From Gammaproteobacteria bacterium (GTDB lineage: Bacteria > Pseudomonadota > Gammaproteobacteria > CBDBNL01 > JAAOII01): a DNA stretch of 64,000 bases. The stretch is from the NCBI GenBank assembly GCA_965209035.1, contig OZ242372.1, positions 512,001 through 576,000 on the forward strand, in the 5' to 3' direction. This document shows, piece after piece, positions 60,469-64,000 of this stretch. The notes under the pieces were generated by a model. It was not told the origin of the DNA and made no database searches. It saw nothing but the letters and a program-made list of their open reading frames with translations. The stretch's first letter is position 1; every line of letters starts with the position of its first letter. A program made the position numbers and the translations under genes.

Positions 60469-62634
60469 TTATTTGTCCTTAAAGGACGAAGACCGGCGGC
60501 TACCGTCCCGCGACGGTCTTGCCGAACCGGAGCCAGCATCTCTTTCCCTATCACTACCCTTAAAAGATGAAGACCGGCGGCTACCGTCCCGCGACGGTCT
60601 TGCCGAACCGGAGCCATAACCTCTATCTCTACCTCCAAACGACGAAGACCTACTGCCACCTTCCCGCGGCGGTCTCGCTGAACCGGAACCATAACCTCTG
60701 TCACTGCCCTTAAAGGACGAAGACCGACTGCCACCTTCCCGCGGCGGTCTCGCCGAACCGGAGCCATAACCCCTATCACTACCTTTAAAGGACGAAGACC
60801 TGCGGGCACCATCCCGCGGCGGTCTTGCCGAACCAGAACCAGCATCTCTGTCCCTGTCTCTGTCACCACCTCTAAATGACGAAAACCGACCGCCACCATC
60901 TCGCGGCGGTCTCGCCGAACCGGAGCCATAACCCCTATCACTCCCTTTAAAGGACGAAGACCGGCGAGCACCGTCCCGCGGTGGTCGCGCCGAACCGGAG
61001 CCATAACCCCTATCACTACCCTTAAAGGACGAAAACCGACCGCCACCTTCCCGCGACGGTCTTGCCGAACCAGAACCAGCATCTCTGTCCCTGTCTCTGT
61101 CGCCGCCCCTAAATGACGAAAACCGACCGCCACCGTCCCGCGACGGTCTTGCCGAACCGGAGCCATAACCCCTATCACTACCCTTAAAGGACGAAAACCG
61201 ACCGCCACCTTCCCGCGGTGGTCTCGCCGAATCGGAACCCGAACCATAATCTCTATCTCTAAACGACGAATACCTACTGCCACCTTCCCGCGGAGGTCGC
61301 GCCGAACCGGAACCATAACCCCTATCACTACCTTTAAAGGACGAAGACCTACTGCCACCTTCCCGCGGAGGTCTCGCCGAACCGGAACCATAATCCCTGT
61401 CTCTATCACCACCCCTAAATGATGAAGACCTACTGCCACCATCTCGCGGAGGTCTTGCCGAACCGGAACCAGCATCTCTGTCCCTGTCTCTATCACCACC
61501 CCTAAACGACGAATACCTACTGCCACCTTCCCGTGGCGGTCTCGCCGAACCAGAACCATAATCCCTGTCTCTATCACCACCCCTAAATGATGAAGACCTA
61601 CTGCCACCATCCCGCGGAGGTCGCGCCGAACCGGAACCATAACCCCTATCACTACCTTTAAAGGACGAAGACCTACTGCCACCTTCCCGTGGCGGTCTTG
61701 CCGAACCAGAACCATAATCCCTGTCTCTATCACCACCCCTAAATGACGAAGACCTACTGCCACCATCTCGCGGAGGTCTCGCCGAACCGGAACCGGAGCC
61801 ATAACCCCTATCACTACCTTTAAAGGACGAAGACCGACGGCCACCGTCCCGCGGCGGTCTTGCCGAACCGGAACCGGAGCCATAACCCCTATCTCTACCT
61901 TTAAAGGACGAAGACCCCCGGCTACTATCCCGCGGCGGTCGCGCCGAACCGGAACCGGAACCATAATCCCTATCTCTGTCACCACCCTTAAACGATGAAG
62001 ACCCGCTGCTACCGTCCTCCGGCTGTTTGACGGAGCCGGATCCATCACCACTATCCTCAAATGACGAATACCGGCGGCTACCGTCCTCCGGCTGTTGGAA
62101 CGATGAATATCTGCGGCTACCGTCTTCCGGCTGCCGGAATGTTGAATACCTACGGCCACCGCCCTGCGAACTGAAAGATTGTTTACCCATCGGTTCGTCC
62201 GGATTCTCTTGCCCGTCACGCCCAAAGGACCGGCGGCTATCGCCCCCTCGCTGTTGGACCGAGCCGAACTCATCATCCCCAAACAATGAGGACCGGCGGC
62301 TATCGCCCCCCGGACCGGAAGATTGTTTATTAAGAAGCGGACGAAATTTTTGAGTTAGAAGTTTTTCCGTTTCGTCTCTCGTGTTATCGTCATCTTCATA
62401 AATAATCCAAATGGAATAGGACCCTTTACACTGCCTCAACATTCCATCGCTTTCGTGTTCTTCCAAACGAACAAGAACATCAACAGATTGCCCCACATAC
62501 AGAACATTGCCTGCCAGTGGCGCACTTCCATCGAAACAAACGACATAAATACCGGAACGGTTTTCAATGCCATAATTCTTTGCTCCCAATCTATAAGGAC
62601 CTTGGGGGGAGGGTATATCGTATATTTGCATCAT
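60469..62634 (-). CDS. GIY-YIG nuclease-like domain fused to a ~600-aa R/G/S/D-rich repeat tail
   Basis: SGIYVV...LYVGQS..VLVRLEEH...ETEKLL..KFRPLLN; start taken at ATG 62634; variation between units at the ARP codons is synonymous in this frame. Confidence 0.75.
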   Translation of the reverse strand: MMQIYDIPSPQGPYRLGAKNYGIENRSGIYVVCFDGSAPLAGNVLYVGQSVDVLVRLEEHESDGMLRQCKGSYSIWIIYEDDDNTRDETEKLLTQKFRPLLNKQSSGPGGDSRRSSLFGDDEFGSVQQRGGDSRRSFGRDGQENPDEPMGKQSFSSQGGGRRYSTFRQPEDGSRRYSSFQQPEDGSRRYSSFEDSGDGSGSVKQPEDGSSGSSSFKGGDRDRDYGSGSGSARPPRDSSRGSSSFKGRDRGYGSGSGSARPPRDGGRRSSSFKGSDRGYGSGSGSARPPRDGGSRSSSFRGGDRDRDYGSGSARPPREGGSRSSSFKGSDRGYGSGSARPPRDGGSRSSSFRGGDRDRDYGSGSARPPREGGSRYSSFRGGDRDRDRDAGSGSARPPRDGGSRSSSFRGGDRDRDYGSGSARPPREGGSRSSSFKGSDRGYGSGSARPPREGGSRYSSFRDRDYGSGSDSARPPREGGGRFSSFKGSDRGYGSGSARPSRDGGGRFSSFRGGDRDRDRDAGSGSARPSREGGGRFSSFKGSDRGYGSGSARPPRDGARRSSSFKGSDRGYGSGSARPPRDGGGRFSSFRGGDRDRDRDAGSGSARPPRDGARRSSSFKGSDRGYGSGSARPPREGGSRSSSFKGSDRGYGSGSARPPREGGSRSSSFGGRDRGYGSGSARPSRDGSRRSSSFKGSDRERDAGSGSARPSRDGSRRSSSFKDK
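60475..61990 (-). repeat. Coding tandem array of ~19 units of 75-87 nt (GSGSARPPR[DE]GG.R.SSF...DR)
   Basis: 19 ARP(P/S)R units counted in the translation; unit lengths are multiples of 3. Confidence 0.92.
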
Positions 62635-63112
62635 TAAATATGTATATTGATTTTTAATAAAAGTTCGGCACCGGTCGGGAAAGGATTCAGAGAAAGAGAA
62701 CACTCCCGCCAACCCGTCCCGATTTTGCCTCTCGCCACAAAACGGTATAAAGATAGCATAAAGGCGGCACAAAACGGCATCAATGGCTTCCGCATTGCCG
62801 GTGCCATACCATCTCTCTTCACCCGGTCATTGTCATAATAAACACAGATATTCGGCACACGAGATGCCCCCCCGTTGCGTTTCCAACTGCCTTCACGACC
62901 ACAAGCATGCAAACGATCCGCGCGTGTCCCGGCTTGGCCTGCATCCGCAACTTGTGTTGCTTCGTCATCACAGGCACTACAGACAATACAGGCACCCGGG
63001 TAATTCCCGGTGGCATGACTATCCTTTGAAACAGGTTCTCCAAAAGAATTGCCTAATGAATTGCGTAGCATTTGTTTATCGTCTTCAAACATATTGATAT
63101 CTTTATCCCATC

Positions 63113-63560
63113 TTGGTCCCATCCCGCCAAATTTGGGGCTTGTTCTATTGAGAACTAAAGCGGAGGGAATAATGTGTGAACATAACGGGGATACTAAAAT
63201 TATACCGCAGAAGCCAGTCAACAAATGCGGATTTGAGCGCAAGAATACTCTTAAACAAAAGATGTCGCACAACAGTCAAAGAATTCCCCCCAAGGCACTT
63301 AGGCACTTATTAAGAAGCGCGATTCCGCCTTCCACAACAACCCGATAACAATGCCAGCCGAACTCACCGCCGTTACAGACGAGTTGTTTTTGTTCGGGTG
63401 AGAACCCCCCGCAATTCTGAACGCAGGTAAATAGCCGGGCTGCGCCGGCGGAACCGCCAGAGGTATCGGCAGCAGCCGGCGATATGCAAGAAAACAAGCC
63501 CATACCGACATGCAAACAGATACGCCGACCACGGATAATGCGGGCGACCCTATCAAGCCT
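63113..63560 (-). pseudogene. Heavily decayed IS481 transposase fragment with right end
   Basis: HVGMGLFS....DTS..SA..ARLFT..QN...NGGEF parallels HVGIDLFS..DTS..SA..ARLFT.MQN..DNGSEF; ATCCCGCCAAATTTGGGGCT...CATAACGGGGA resembles the IS right end. Confidence 0.65.
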
Positions 63561-63689
63561 TAATCACTTTGCTTTATTAAAATTAAAAAAATGCCGAGCA
63601 TCCGGGAGGGAAACATAATGAATCAAAATACCCCCCCCAAACGCCCGGCAAAATCATTACAACACCCGGCTGACTGGATATGTATAGTC

Positions 63690-64000
63690 TGTATGCTCCC
63701 ACCCATTCCCGGACTTTTTTTGTTTTTGCAAAAATTGGATCGGCGAGAGTTGTTTGTGGGCATAATGAGGGCACTCGCGATGATACCAAGCCAACCATGC
63801 GATGAGTTTGGCTTGAATGCCGGCAGATCCTTAAACAGGAGATGCCGCATAGGACAACCGAACTATTCCCCCAAGGTTATTTTTTAAGGAGCGCAATTAA
63901 ACCGTTCGCAGTGTGCATTCATTTGCGATTTCTCCAAAAAACAACATAGCATAGGCATACCAGTGTCTGCTGCCGTTTGCGGTCACGACCCGGTGAAAGT
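63690..64000 (-). pseudogene. Frameshifted IS481 copy (3' part; continues beyond the window)
   Basis: TGTATGCTCCCACCCATT...AAACCGTTCGCAGTGTGCATTCATTTGCG...GTCACGACCCGGTGAAAGT aligns with the reverse complement of 15265-15548 with indels. Confidence 0.85.

Noticed and set aside
60475-61990. Tandem array as a CRISPR array
   Set aside because: No unique spacers, unit lengths are multiples of 3 with synonymous variation, and no cas genes are nearby; it is a coding repeat
60225-62282. 685-aa alternative-frame ORF as the primary gene
   Set aside because: Unit differences are non-synonymous in this frame (RQD/RRD) but synonymous in the GIY-YIG frame; kept only as a secondary possibility
62634-63887. 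ORFs 62634-63272, 63276-63515, 63299-63556, 63583-63798 and 63623-63850 as genes
   Set aside because: Largely explained as frames across decayed IS481 copies; 62640-63110 remains unexplained but shows no recognisable motif

Overview
This window comes from a gammaproteobacterial chromosome, possibly a host-associated lineage (inference from gene content). The core backbone has three blocks. The first is gltX-maf-dacB-pcnB-folK-bamE-rnfH-smpB-ssrA-pgi. The second is priA-mutY-yggX-xseB-ispA-lolA-gpsA. The third is the str/S10/spc/alpha ribosomal superoperon on the minus strand, followed by ychF. The superoperon is atypical: tuf is missing after fusA, an orphan DNA methyltransferase sits between rplX and rplE, S10/L3/L15 carry long low-complexity tails, and rplQ is translationally coupled to lipoprotein genes. 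Accessory DNA includes: a TIR-STAND NTPase at the left edge that the ORF track misses; a subtilase-like lipoprotein beside a stand-alone tRNA-Ile; one intact IS481-family element and about seven relics; and two paralogous FN3/TSP3/GLUG surface lipoprotein genes lying between ends of a transposase-less element with long direct repeats (45 bp and 66 bp, IS1634-like). A right-hand defence-like island encodes a degenerate-nuclease NACHT protein coupled to a Schlafen/AlbA_2 protein, an HTH-IrrE peptidase, a VOC protein, and a GIY-YIG domain fused to a ~19-unit R/G/S/D repeat tail. All calls were made by eye from motifs; no database searches were run.
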